Source of the DNA: an uncultured Planctomycetota bacterium
GTDB taxonomy: Bacteria; Planctomycetota; Planctomycetia; Gemmatales; Gemmataceae
Reading direction: 5' to 3'
DNA length: 64,000 bases
NCBI GenBank assembly: GCA_963849325.1
Contig: CAWKHF010000004.1
Span: 352,001-416,000 of the forward strand
Translations under genes and position numbers: made by a program
Notes under the pieces: generated by a model
Told to the model about the DNA's origin: nothing
Database searches by the model: none
The model's input: only the letters and a program-made list of their open reading frames with translations
Shown: positions 47,473-58,110 of the stretch, in pieces
How the letters are laid out: each line of letters starts with the position of its first letter
How positions within the stretch are numbered: the first letter of the stretch is position 1

Positions 47473-49059
47473 TCAGTGGCGGACGTCCGCTTCGATAGCC
47501 CAGAGGAGTTCGTACCAGTCGGCGCTCTCGTCGCCGGCATCCAGCCCCGTCAGCTCACGCAGGGCAAACAGGACGGCGTCGCGCTGCGGATAGGACGCGG
47601 GGCCGGATTTGCGGGACTTTTTCTCCTGTGCCGCTTGCTCCTCGGCCGTCAACTCGCGGGTGCGCACCATGTAATCGAAGCGCTGCCATCGGGGCCAGCG
47701 GTCGGGTTTGGATACCTCCTCAATCATGGAAAAATCCTGACGCAGGTAGGTTACATCCGCCCGCACGAAATCGCCCCTTCGGTCTTCATAGTACAAGCGC
47801 GGCAGGGGTTTGCCTGGTACAGGCACCACCCCACGCAGCGGATCGCCCCGCGCCGTCGAGGGGGCGTGACACAGCAGACAGTTCCGCAGATGATTGACGC
47901 GCACCAACTCCCGAACCATCCATTTCCCGCTCCTGTCTCGAAGCGGCGCGCACGGATCGGGTTCGTCGAGCAGGTCCACCAGGGGATAGAGCGTTTCTCG
48001 ATCGTCCAGTGCCACCAACGCCTCGGCGGCGTGAGCGGCGACGGGAGGCCACGGGTAACGGAACCCGCCCAGCAGCACCTCGCGGTACTCCTCACGCGGC
48101 CGCCCTTTTAGGGCGTCGATGGCTTTCTCACGGACTTCCCAGGTGACATCGAATAAAGCTTGACGTGCGAGAAGTTTGCTGGCCTTGACCCCGTTGACCT
48201 TCTCGATAAGCTCGACCAATCCTCGCCGGACGTCCGGTTGTTCCGCCTGAATCATTTGCACCATCGTGGACAGGGCGTCATCCTGGAACCATTCCTTCCG
48301 CTCGGCCAGAGATGGCGCCAGGTGCATGACGTTGTAATAACCATCGTGAGCGAAGCTAAGCGAGCGAGGTTGGATGAATTTCTGCAGCCCGCGTGAGATC
48401 GCCTCCCTTTTCCGGGCCGTCTTCGCCCCGGCCTGGCAATCGGCCTCTCCGATCAAGGGCAGTCCTTTCAAGTCTGCGCACTGGCGGCACAAGGCCAGAA
48501 TCGGGGAAAAGACTGTCTTGTCCTTGCCAGCCTCGGCCAGCAATTTCTCGCGCGTCCCTTTAACGCTCTCCAGGTCCACCTCGTTCGCGTGTTTGGGGAG
48601 GCTTCGCAGGAGGACTTCTTCAGACAAATCGAATCGCTTGACCGACGGAGGCGTCGGCCCTTCCACCCTCGGACCTTGGGGTATCGGCTCTGGCGCGGGC
48701 GTCGGCTTGGCCGCGACAGGGGTGGGAGCGACGATGGCGGCCGGCTTGTTGCGAGGCTGACCCTCCGCATAGACCGGAAGAGGAGTGACGGCCTCTTTGG
48801 GCGGCACGTAGCTTGCGATGCGCCGCATGGGCACAGCCACGGGGGCGACGTTCACCGGCTCCGCGGCCGCTGGGATTGGCCGCGCCGCGACCGTGTCTTT
48901 GGCGGCATCCCCTTTCATCCCGGCGACGCAGGCCAGCACGAGCGGCACGGCCAACAGTAGAAACGACAGTCCCGCCACGGTTACGAGCAGCGGCCAGTTC
49001 ACCACGGTCTCCAGATCGGTCTTCGCCGAAGCGGACGGGGAGCGACAGGACATCGACAT
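47473..49059 (-). CDS. Membrane-anchored HEAT-repeat protein with a CxxCH motif
   Basis: N-terminal TM, Pro/Ala linker, HEAT-like helices (VREKAIDAL, AAHAAEALVAL), NCLLCH. Confidence 0.7.
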   Translation of the reverse strand: MSMSCRSPSASAKTDLETVVNWPLLVTVAGLSFLLLAVPLVLACVAGMKGDAAKDTVAARPIPAAAEPVNVAPVAVPMRRIASYVPPKEAVTPLPVYAEGQPRNKPAAIVAPTPVAAKPTPAPEPIPQGPRVEGPTPPSVKRFDLSEEVLLRSLPKHANEVDLESVKGTREKLLAEAGKDKTVFSPILALCRQCADLKGLPLIGEADCQAGAKTARKREAISRGLQKFIQPRSLSFAHDGYYNVMHLAPSLAERKEWFQDDALSTMVQMIQAEQPDVRRGLVELIEKVNGVKASKLLARQALFDVTWEVREKAIDALKGRPREEYREVLLGGFRYPWPPVAAHAAEALVALDDRETLYPLVDLLDEPDPCAPLRDRSGKWMVRELVRVNHLRNCLLCHAPSTARGDPLRGVVPVPGKPLPRLYYEDRRGDFVRADVTYLRQDFSMIEEVSKPDRWPRWQRFDYMVRTRELTAEEQAAQEKKSRKSGPASYPQRDAVLFALRELTGLDAGDESADWYELLWAIEADVRH

Positions 49060-49278
49060 GGGGCTGCCTCCTTGATCGAAGTGGGGCGAAGGGATCGCCG
49101 CAACAAGAGACTCTTCCCCGAGAAGACGTTACCTTTCGTCCAGCGTACCCGCCGCCGGCGCGGAAGGATAGAAAAATCGGCAGCGATTCCGGCGGCGAGG
49201 GGCTTGCGGTCTTCCGGCGGGTTTCAGTACACTTCTGTCAGTCGTCGTCTGCCGGAGCTGATGCAAGGAAGAACGTCC

Positions 49279-49791
49279 ATGTCCTTTACGCCGTTCCACC
49301 TGTATTTTGATGACGTGGAAGTCGGGCAGGAGTGGGAATCGCTCGGCCGCACCCTCACCGAGGCGGACATCGTCAACTTCGCCGGACTGAGTGGAGATTT
49401 CAACCCCATCCACATCGATCACGAATTCGCCGTCACGACGCCGTTCCGCCGACCGATCGCGCACGGCCTGCTGGTCCTGTCGGTGGCCAGCGGCCTGGGG
49501 CTGTACAGTCCGCCCATGCGGACGCTGGCATTTCTCGCCATCCGCGAATGGCACTTCCGGGGCCCCGTTTTCGTCGGCGACACGCTCCGCGTCCGCGTCA
49601 AGGTGATCGGCAAGGAGGTTCGCTCGCGCGGACGGCGCGGCGAGATCACCTGGCAGCGGCAGGTACACAACCAGCAACGTCAGGTCGTTCAGGAGGGGAT
49701 TACCGTCACCCTCGTCGAAGGCCGGGCCGCCCGCGGCGCGTCCTGCACCGGCGAGGAATCGTCCGAGGCGGCGACCCCGAGTCCGCCATGA
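49279..49791 (+). CDS. MaoC-like hotdog dehydratase
   Basis: RTLTEADIVNFAGLSGDFNPIHID, IAHGLL, PVFVGDTL. Confidence 0.93.
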   Translation: MSFTPFHLYFDDVEVGQEWESLGRTLTEADIVNFAGLSGDFNPIHIDHEFAVTTPFRRPIAHGLLVLSVASGLGLYSPPMRTLAFLAIREWHFRGPVFVGDTLRVRVKVIGKEVRSRGRRGEITWQRQVHNQQRQVVQEGITVTLVEGRAARGASCTGEESSEAATPSPP

Positions 49792-49846
49792 ACGAGTGCT
49801 TGCTCGCCCGCTCCCTGGTTTCTCGCCCCCAAGGAAGGTGACTATC

Positions 49847-50749
49847 GTGTCCTTGCTCGTGGTTGGTTCCATCGCCTTCGATTCCATTGAAACGCCCGGC
49901 GGCACCGTGGACGACATCCTCGGCGGCTCTGCGTCACACTTCGCGGTGGCGGCGAGTTTCTTCACCCCACCGCGCCTGGTGGGCGTCGTCGGCGAGGACT
50001 TTCCCGACGAGCACCGTCGCCTCTTCGCCGCGCGCGGCATCGACACGACCGGCCTGGTGACGGCTAAGGGACAGACCTTCCGCTGGAAGGGCCGTTACCA
50101 CGACGACATGAACACGCGCGACACGCTGGAAGTCCACCTGAACGTCTTTGGTACGTTCGAGCCGGTGCTGCCGCCGAGCTTCCGCGATAGCACACACGTC
50201 TTCCTGGCCAACGGCAGTCCGACCTTGCAGGCGCGCGTTCTCGAACAGGTGCCTCGGCCGCGGGCCGTCTTCGCCGACACGATGGACCTGTGGATCGACA
50301 CGCAGCGCAAGGACCTGCTCGCCCTGCTGCCGCGCCTGGACGGCCTGCTGCTCAACGATAGCGAGGCCCGGCAACTGACAGGCGAAACGAACCTGGTGCG
50401 TGCCGGCCATGCCGTGCGCCGGCTCGGGCCGAAGTTCGTCATCCTCAAGAAAGGCGAGCACGGGGCCATGCTTTTCGGCGAGGACGGCACCTTCGTCGCC
50501 CCGGCCTATCCGTCAGCCAACGTCGTCGATCCGACCGGCGCTGGCGACGCCTTCGCCGGCGGCGTGCTCGGCCACCTGGCCGAGACGCAGGCGGCGCCGA
50601 CGCCGGCCGTCCTGCGCCGCGCCATGGCCTATGGCACCGTGATCGGCAGCCTGATTGTCGAGGGCTTCGGGCTGGATCGCCTCAAGGGTAGCGACCGCCG
50701 CGAGATCGACGGTCGGCTGGACGAATACCGCAAGATGCTCTCATTTTGA
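49847..50749 (+). CDS. PfkB family carbohydrate/nucleoside kinase
   Basis: VVGSIAFDSIETP, GGSA, KKGEHGA, DPTGAGDAFAGG. Confidence 0.93.
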   Translation: MSLLVVGSIAFDSIETPGGTVDDILGGSASHFAVAASFFTPPRLVGVVGEDFPDEHRRLFAARGIDTTGLVTAKGQTFRWKGRYHDDMNTRDTLEVHLNVFGTFEPVLPPSFRDSTHVFLANGSPTLQARVLEQVPRPRAVFADTMDLWIDTQRKDLLALLPRLDGLLLNDSEARQLTGETNLVRAGHAVRRLGPKFVILKKGEHGAMLFGEDGTFVAPAYPSANVVDPTGAGDAFAGGVLGHLAETQAAPTPAVLRRAMAYGTVIGSLIVEGFGLDRLKGSDRREIDGRLDEYRKMLSF

Positions 50750-50761
50750 GCCGGAGAGATC

Positions 50762-51337
50762 ATGGCGCGTCTGCGAACCTTCCTGGCGGTCGATGTGGGC
50801 AAGGCCATCCGCGACCGCTGCGTCGCCCTACAAGAGACGCTGGCCCGTTCCGGCACGGACGTCAAGTGGGTTGAGGAAGAGAACTTGCACGTCACGCTGC
50901 TGTTTCTCGGTGAGGTCGTGGACCGCGACGTACCAGCCCTGTGCCGTGCCGTTGCCGATTGCTGCGCCGAACACGATGAGTTCGCCTTGTGCGTGGAGAC
51001 GGTCGGCTGTTTCCCCAATCCGCGCCGGCCGCGCGTCGTCTGGGCCGGCGTCGGCGCGGGCGGCGCCGAGCTGATCGCGCTGCACGACGCCCTGGAGTCG
51101 CCGCTGCTGGAACTGGGTTGCTATCGCCGCGAAGCCCGCCAGTACACGCCCCACATCACCCTGGGGCGCGTCAAGAGCGATCGGCCGACGGACGCCCTGG
51201 CCGCCGCGCTGGCCCGGCAGGCGAAGTGGCACGGCGGCGAGACGACGGTGCGCGAGCTTCACGTCCTCAGTAGCGAACTGAGGCCGCAAGGCCCGGTGTA
51301 CACCGTGCTTAGTCGGGCCAAGCTGCGGAATCGCTAA
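50762..51337 (+). CDS. thpR: RNA 2',3'-cyclic phosphodiesterase (2H phosphoesterase)
   Basis: RTFLAV, LHVTLLFLG, PRVVWAG, PHITLGR. Confidence 0.92.
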   Translation: MARLRTFLAVDVGKAIRDRCVALQETLARSGTDVKWVEEENLHVTLLFLGEVVDRDVPALCRAVADCCAEHDEFALCVETVGCFPNPRRPRVVWAGVGAGGAELIALHDALESPLLELGCYRREARQYTPHITLGRVKSDRPTDALAAALARQAKWHGGETTVRELHVLSSELRPQGPVYTVLSRAKLRNR

Positions 51338-51357
51338 GGTCCAACGGCGGAGACGGC

Positions 51358-52714
51358 ATGAAGCGCGTGCGCATCGGCAATGGCTGTGGCTTCTGGGGCG
51401 ACAACCTCGACGCCCCGCGCGAGCTGGCCGAACACGGCCGGCTCGACTACCTCACCCTGGAATATCTCGCCGAACTGACCATGTCCATCCTGGCGCTGCA
51501 GAAGCAGCGCCATCCCGAGTCCGGCTACGCCAGCGATTTTCTCGATGTTTTGCAACAGCTCGCGCCCGTCCTTTCGCGCCAGCCCGAATTGAAGATCGTC
51601 ACCAATGCCGGCGGCATGAATCCGCACGGCTGCGCCGTTCGCGCCCGTGCCATCCTCGATCGAGCCGGTTTGTCCGGGCGGCGCATCGCTGTCGTCCACG
51701 GCGACGATCTGCTGCCGCGCATCGACGAGTTGATGGCGCAGGGGCATGTGTTCAGCAACCTCGACACCGGCGAGCCGCTGAGCGCCATCCGCGACCGTCT
51801 CGTCAGTGTCAACGCCTATCTTGGATGTCAACCGATTGTCAGTGCCTTGCGTCAAGGGGCGGACGTGGTCATCACCGGCCGCGTCGCCGATGCCTCGTTG
51901 ACGCTGGGTCCGGCCGTGCATGAGTTCGGCTGGGCGGCGGACGACTGGGACCGTCTATCGGCGGGCACGGTGGCCGGTCATCTCATCGAGTGCGGCGCAC
52001 AAGTCCACCGGCGGCTTGTGGTGTAACTGGCAGGAAACCGACCTCGCCCTGGTCGGCTACCCTATCGCCGATGTCGAGGAGAGCGGCGCGTTCACGATCA
52101 CCAAGCCGCCAGGCAGCGGCGGCGCGGTCAATCCCGAGACGATTGCCGAGCAGCTGCTGTACGAGGTCGGCGATCCGGCCGCGTATCTGACGCCCGACGT
52201 GGTCGCCGACTTCACCAGCGTCCGCCTGACGGAAACCGGACCCGATGAGGTGCGCGTCACCGGGGCGCACGGCAAGCCGGCCACCGATAGTTACAAGGTG
52301 TCGATCGCCTACCGCGATGGCTGGACCGCCAGCGGTACGCTCGTCCTCGCCGGACCCGACGCGGTGACGAAGGCTCGTCGCTGTGGCGACATCCTCTTCG
52401 AGCGCCTGCGCCGCGCCGGCACCCTGCCGCAACATCGCAACATCGAATGCCTGGGCGCCGGCGCTTGTGTACCGGGCGGTCCCCCTGTCACGGACGCTCC
52501 CGAGGTGGTGCTGCGCGTTACGGTGCGCGATGCCGACCGCGCTGTCGTCGAGCGCTTCACCAAGGAGTTCGCCCCACTGGTCACCTCGGGTCCGCCGGGC
52601 GTGACCGGCTACACGACCGGCCGGCCGCCGGTGCGGGAGGTGTTCGCCTACTGGCCGGCGCTGGTGAACAAGAGCGCCGTCGAGCCGAAAATGCAGATGA
52701 TCGGAGGCGACTAA
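51358..52714 (+). CDS. AtuA / DUF1446 acyclic terpene utilisation family protein, frameshift near 52003
   Basis: GFWGD, EYLAELTM, TNAGGMNP, NAYLG, TGRVAD, GHLIECGAQ; GYPIA, EQLLYEVGDP, YLTPDV, FAYWP. Confidence 0.92.
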
Positions 52715-52720
52715 ATCGTC

Positions 52721-53293
52721 ATGTCCTCCGGCGTGGATCAAACTCCGGTCAGTCTGCTCGTTCGCCTGAAGCAACCTGGCGCGGCGGAAGCGTGGACGCG
52801 CTTCGTCTACCTGTTCACGCCGCTGCTCGATCGCTGGGCGCACGCGCTAGGCTTGCAAGACGCCGACGCCGAGGACGTGGTGCAAGACGTTTTCTGCATC
52901 CTGGTCAAACGTCTGCCCGAGTTCGTCTACGATCCCCAGCGCAGCTTCCGCGCCTGGCTGTGGACCATCCTGCGCAATGCCTGGCGCGATCGCCAGCAGC
53001 GACAAAAAATCCCTCTTCTGTCCGCCGCGACGATCGATCGCCGTGCCGCCCCCGATGACATCGACGGGATAACGGAGGAGGAATATCGCCATTTCCTGGC
53101 CGGTCGCGCGCTGCAGATCATGCAGGCCGATTTCGCGCCGACGACATGGCGAGCGTTCTGGGGCGTGGTCGTCGAGGGGCGGCCCGGCGCTGAGGTGGCG
53201 CGGGAACTCGGTGTGTCGGTCAACGCCGTTTACCAGGCCCGTTCGCGCGTTCTCAGTCGGCTGCGTCAAGAACTCGCCGGTCTCGTGTCGTGA
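52721..53293 (+). CDS. ECF sigma factor, kinase-associated planctomycete type
   Basis: TPVSLLVRL..AWTRFVYLF, DAEDVVQDVF, SFRAWLWTI, VARELGVSVNAVYQARSRVL. Confidence 0.94.
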   Translation: MSSGVDQTPVSLLVRLKQPGAAEAWTRFVYLFTPLLDRWAHALGLQDADAEDVVQDVFCILVKRLPEFVYDPQRSFRAWLWTILRNAWRDRQQRQKIPLLSAATIDRRAAPDDIDGITEEEYRHFLAGRALQIMQADFAPTTWRAFWGVVVEGRPGAEVARELGVSVNAVYQARSRVLSRLRQELAGLVS

Positions 53294-53304
53294 CAAGACA
53301 TTTC

Positions 53305-53367
53305 GTTTAGCCGCGACGCGCAGCGGAGCGCGTCTCTCCCGCGCTCCGCTGCGCGTCGCGGCTAAAC
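53305..53367. repeat. REP-like palindrome, family A copy 3
   Basis: GTTTAGCCGCGACGCGCAGCGGAGCGCG ... CGCGCTCCGCTGCGCGTCGCGGCTAAAC. Confidence 0.9.
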
Positions 53368-53454
53368 TTTTTCTCGACAGGTTTCGGCCTCGCGGGGGGT
53401 ATAAGGGGTGAAAGTGCCGTGATGTCGCGGTATATACCTCTTCGGAGACTCGCC

Positions 53455-55985
53455 ATGTCCACGCCTCATCCGCCACCAGACGCCGCCCTGCTGGAGAAAC
53501 TGCTGCTGGGCCAACTGCCGCCCGCCGAGGCGGAGTCGCTGTGCGAACAACTCCACAACAGCGAGCAATTCGCCGCCCTGGCCCAAACACTCATCGCCTC
53601 GGACACGCTTATCGAGGCGCTCCGCGCTCAGGCCGGCCATCCGACGCCGCGCCCCGATGCGCGCCTGGAGGCACTGATGGCCCGCCTGAGCAAATTGCGG
53701 CCGGACCTGTCCGGCGTGGACGCCGATCGCACGGCGGCGATCGGATCTGCGGCCGGCGGCACGCCGATCGCATTTCTCAGTCCCGCTCGGCAGCCCGATG
53801 AGATGGGCCGGCTCGGCGATTATCGCATCTTGAAGGTGCTCGGCCAGGGCGGCATGGGCGTCGTCTTTCTGGCCGAGGACGTGCGCCTGGGCCGGCGCGT
53901 CGCGCTGAAGACGATGCGGCCGGAAGCGGCGCAGCTGGCCAACGCCAAGCAGCGCTTCCTCCGCGAAGGCGCGGCACGGCGGCCATCGAGCACGATCACA
54001 TCATCTCCATCTTCCAGGTCGGCGAGGAGAACGGCGTACCCTTTTTGGCCATGCCGTTCTTGCGCGGCGAACCGCTCGACGAACGGCTCAAGCGTGCCGG
54101 CGGCGCGCCGCTGCCGCTGCGCGAGATCGTCCGCATCGGCCGCGAGGTTGCCGAGGGCCTGGCGGCAGCCCACGAACAAGGGCTGATCCACCGCGACATC
54201 AAGCCGACCAACGTCTGGCTGGAGGGCGAGCGCGGCCGCGTCAAGGTGCTCGATTTCGGCCTGGCCCGCGCCGCTCGCGAGGACACGCAGTTGACGCAGA
54301 CGGGCGCCATCGTCGGCACACCGGCGTACATGGCCCCCGAGCAGGCGCGCGGCGAGGCCGTCGATGCCCGCTGCGACCTGTTCAGTCTCGGCTGTCTGCT
54401 CTATCAGATGAGCACCGGCCAACGGCCGTTCAACGGCCCGGATACCATGTCCATCCTGATGAGCCTCGCCCTCGATCAGCCGACGCCGCCCAACCAGCGT
54501 AACGCGGAATTGCCGGCCGAATTGTCCGACCTCATCACGCGCTTGCTGGCCAAGGCGCCGGAAGATCGGCCGGCGTCGGCCCGCGCCGTCGCCAACGTCC
54601 TGGCCGCCATCGAACGGGGATTGCCGGACGCCACGATGGTTCCGTCGGCGAGCCGGGGTCCGGCCGTCGCCGTGTCCCAATCGGCGCGACCGCGGCGACG
54701 CTTGGCCGTGGCCGTCGCCGCGGCGCTGCTGCTGACCGGGGGACTGATCGCCGCCGTGGTCATCATTCGCGACAGGACGGGCAAGGAGGTGGCCCGCGTC
54801 AACGTGCCCGCTGGCGGCAGCGTCGTGGTTGAGACCGACGACAAGCAAAAACGGCCGGTGTCCGCTCCCTCGAAGCAACCCGACAAGGATACGCTGCTCC
54901 GCGAGAACAAGGCGGAAGGGAAGATCGAGGAGGCCTGGATCAAGCGAGTGGCCGCCTTGGAGCCGAAGAAGCAGGCTGCGGAAGTGGAGGCCGAACTCAA
55001 ACGGCGGAATGGCGGTTTTCTCGACAATTTTAGTTATCGAGCCGAGAAGGGAAATGTGGTCGAGGTCGGTATGTTCACGGACCATGTGACCGATCTGACA
55101 CCGCTACGGGCCTTGCCGCATTTGTCGCAGATAGGCTGTGCTGGCCGCCACCAGGGAAGCCTGAAGGATCTGTCGCCGCTGGCGGGGATGAAACTGAAAA
55201 AACTCTATTGCTACGGCAACCAAATCTCGGATCTATCGCCCCTGAAGGGAATGCCGCTCATCGTGCTTCATTGTGGGAATAACCCCATCACCAGTACGAG
55301 TCTGGCGTCTCTCGAAGGAATGCCGCTGGAGGATTTGGAACTCAGCAGTACTGGCGTCGAGAGTTTGTCTCCCTTGCGAGGCATGAAGTTAACCAAGTTT
55401 TCTTGCCGGGGGTGTGGTCGAGTGTCCGACCTTTCACCGCTGGAGGAGATGCCGTTGGAAGAATTGACTTGTTCATTCACACCGATCCGCAGTCTGGCTC
55501 CCTTAAAGGGGATGAAGCTCAAATGGCTCAACTGCGGTTGCACGAAGGTTCGCGATCTGTCGCCGCTGGCAGGAATGCCGCTGGAATTCTTGGATTGTGG
55601 GGCAACCAACGTGGTCAGTCTGGCACCGCTAAAAGGCATGAAGCTCAAAAATCTTCGTTGCGGTGCTACTCGAATCTCCGACTTGGCGCCGTTGGCCGGA
55701 ATGCCGCTGGAAACCTTGGCCTGCGAAGATACGCTGATTTCCAGTCTCGCCCCCCTGAAGGGAATGCTTCTGGAGTCATTGGTATGCGTCAACACGAACG
55801 TCTCGGACCTGTCGCCGTTGGCGGGCATGCCGCTCCTGGAAATCCGCTGCGACTTTAGGCCGGAGCGCGATGCTGCCGTCCTGCGCTCCCTCAAGACGCT
55901 CCAGAAGATCAACGGCAAGCCGGCGCCGGACTTTTGGAAGGAAGTGGAGGCCAAGGCGGCGAATGAGCCGGCCCGGACCAAGTAA
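53455..55985 (+). CDS. Ser/Thr kinase with TM helix and C-terminal leucine-rich repeats, frameshift near 53970
   Basis: [50 protein letters not shown]; about 12 LRRs of ~21 aa (xDLSPLxGMxLxxLxC). Confidence 0.92.
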
Positions 55986-56000
55986 GGCGTCGCGCCGTCA

Positions 56001-56076
56001 GAGCCCGCAGCGTTAGCGAGGGACAACGGTCAATCTTCGCGGACGCTGCGGACTCATGACTCGCTGACGCGCGGGT
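56001..56076. repeat. REP-like palindrome, family D (degenerate)
   Basis: GAGCCCGCAGCGTTAGCGAGG ... CTTCGCGGACGCTGCGGACTC plus a partial third arm. Confidence 0.65.
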
Positions 56077-56165
56077 GATTCGACTGTCGCCGCGCCGCGC
56101 GGACAGCTACAATCGGGAGATATTGCAGGCGCTTCATTCCCTCTCGCCTGTCCGAAGGAGGCAGC

Positions 56166-56933
56166 GTGGAAAGCGAAACCGTCAATCCCGTGCAGCCGGC
56201 GCCCTTCGTTCCGCCCGCTGAGGAGGTCCATCCGCATTGGATACTGTCGCCGGAAGACATCCCCAACGTCGAGGATTTGGTCATCGAGGATGGCAAGCCT
56301 GTGGACAACCTGTTTGTCGAGAAGGAATATCGTCTGCTCACCGAGCCGTTGTACAGTTCGTGGACCTCGCCGAGCGGTGAGTTCTTGGCGGTGGCCAACG
56401 TCGGTCTGTTTTACGCTTACCGCGAGCCGCCGCTGGTGCCGGACATGATGCTCAGCCTGGGAGTGCCCGCTGGCCGCGATTTGACGCTGAAGGAAAATCG
56501 CTCTTACTTTACCTGGGTCATCGGCAAGCCGCCGGATGTGGTGATTGAGATTGTCTCCGACCTTCGCGGCGGCGAAGAGACGGACAAGATGATGGCCTAC
56601 GCGCGCATCGGCGTTACTTATTATGTCATTCACGATCCGCGAAATCGCTTGCACCATGGTCTCTTGCGAGCATTCAGTTTGCGCGACGGAGCGTATCAGC
56701 CGGTTGAAGCCTCGTGGTTGGAGCACGTTGGCCTCGGGTTGACGTTTTGGGAGGGCGAATTCCAAAGTCAACAACACCCGCGTTGGCTGCGCTGGTGCGA
56801 CCGCGATGGCGTGGTCCTCCCTACCGGCCAGGAACGCGCCGAACAGGCGGACCAACGCGCCGAACAAGAAAAACAACGCGCCGAGCGTTTGGCCGCTCAA
56901 CTCCGCGCCTTGGGAATCGAACCGGGTCCGTGA
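56166..56933 (+). CDS. Uma2 family (PD-(D/E)XK-like) endonuclease domain protein
   Basis: EDGKPVDN, VPDMMLSL, KPPDVVIEIVS, YARIGVTYYVIHDP, WLRW, RAERLAAQLRALGIEP. Confidence 0.9.
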   Translation: MESETVNPVQPAPFVPPAEEVHPHWILSPEDIPNVEDLVIEDGKPVDNLFVEKEYRLLTEPLYSSWTSPSGEFLAVANVGLFYAYREPPLVPDMMLSLGVPAGRDLTLKENRSYFTWVIGKPPDVVIEIVSDLRGGEETDKMMAYARIGVTYYVIHDPRNRLHHGLLRAFSLRDGAYQPVEASWLEHVGLGLTFWEGEFQSQQHPRWLRWCDRDGVVLPTGQERAEQADQRAEQEKQRAERLAAQLRALGIEPGP

Positions 56934-56935
56934 AC

Positions 56936-57298
56936 ATGGAATCGCTTCATCTCTCGGACATCGCCCACGGCCGCAGTGGCGACAAGGGCAATCACGCCAA
57001 CATCGCCGTCATTGCCTACACGTCGCCGGGCTTCGCCTGGCTGCGCCAACACCTCACCGCCGATGTGGTCGGACAGTATTTCCACGCCCTGAATCCGTCG
57101 CGCATCGTTCGCTATGAGGCGGCGAACCTCCTCGCCTTGAACTTCCTGCTGTACGATGTGCTGGCGGGCGGCGCCAGCCGATCGCTGCGCATCGACACGC
57201 AGGGCAAGACGCTGGCCGTGACGCTGCTGCGCATGCCGCTGCCGCCCATCGACGACGTTGGCCCCATGCTTCGCCCCAAGGCGAGTATCCTTCCATGA
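56936..57298 (+). CDS. AtuA-related small protein (C-terminal ferredoxin-like domain)
   Basis: AHGRSGDKGNHANIAVIA, ALNFLL, LAGGASRSLRIDTQGKTLA. Confidence 0.88.
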   Translation: MESLHLSDIAHGRSGDKGNHANIAVIAYTSPGFAWLRQHLTADVVGQYFHALNPSRIVRYEAANLLALNFLLYDVLAGGASRSLRIDTQGKTLAVTLLRMPLPPIDDVGPMLRPKASILP

Positions 57299-58082
57299 GC
57301 GATGAACTGGTCCGCTACGAGACGCGATCTCCCGCCGTGCTCGTCACCCTCAACCGTCCCGATCGCCGCAACGCTCTCAGCCGCGGCCTGATCGCCGCGC
57401 TGACCGAGGCGTTCAGCCGAGCGCGCGAGGACACCGCGGCGCGCTGCGTCATCCTCACCGGGTCCGGCAACGCCTTCTGCGCCGGCATGGATCTGGCCGA
57501 GTTGCAAGAATCGTTGACGGCGGGAGGCGGTGAAGGTCCGGTCTGGGACGATGCCCTGCGGCTGGCGACGCTGTACGACCTGATTTACACGTTGCCCAAG
57601 CCGACCATCGCGGCGATCAACGGGGCGGCGGTGGCCGGCGGTGCGGGGTTGGTGTCCGTGTGCGATTTGGCCGTGGCGGTGCCGGAGGCGCGCTTCGGCT
57701 ACCCCGAGGTGCGCCGCGGTCTCGTGGCGGCGATGGTCATGCCGCACCTGCTACGCCACGTCGGCGAACGCACGGCTCGCCATCTGCTGCTGACCGGCGA
57801 ACTGATCGACGCCGAGGAAGCGTACCGGGTCGGTTTGGTCAACGCGGTGGCGCCGGCGGAGCAACTGCTGCCGCGCGCCTGGCGTGGGCGCATTCCATGG
57901 CCGAGGGTGGGCCGATCGCCCTGGCGCGTACCAAGGATTTACTACATCTATTTACTCGTCAATCACTGTCGCTGCAAGAAGCGGCGAAGGCCAGTGCCGC
58001 GCCGCGCTTGACCGACGAGTGCCGTCAGGGACTGGAAGCGTTCTTCCACAAGCGGCCGGCACCGTGGGCGCCGGGGTACTAA
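57295..58082 (+). CDS. Enoyl-CoA hydratase/isomerase (methylglutaconyl-CoA hydratase-like), frameshift near 57875
   Basis: LNRPDRRNAL, FCAGMDL, NGAAVAGGAGL, PEVRRGL; second frame GLEAFFHKRPAPW. Confidence 0.92.
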
Positions 58083-58110
58083 ACGCCCCGCTTGCCTTTC
58101 CCCAAGCCGT

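Noticed and set aside
55080-55860. Diversity-generating retroelement acting on the LRR
   Set aside because: No reverse transcriptase or template/variable repeat pair in the window, and variation is not adenine-specific
56166-56933. Uma2 gene as a restriction or defence system, or as the mobiliser of the cassette
   Set aside because: No methylase or partner gene, no terminal repeats, and the family is commonly multicopy in planctomycetes
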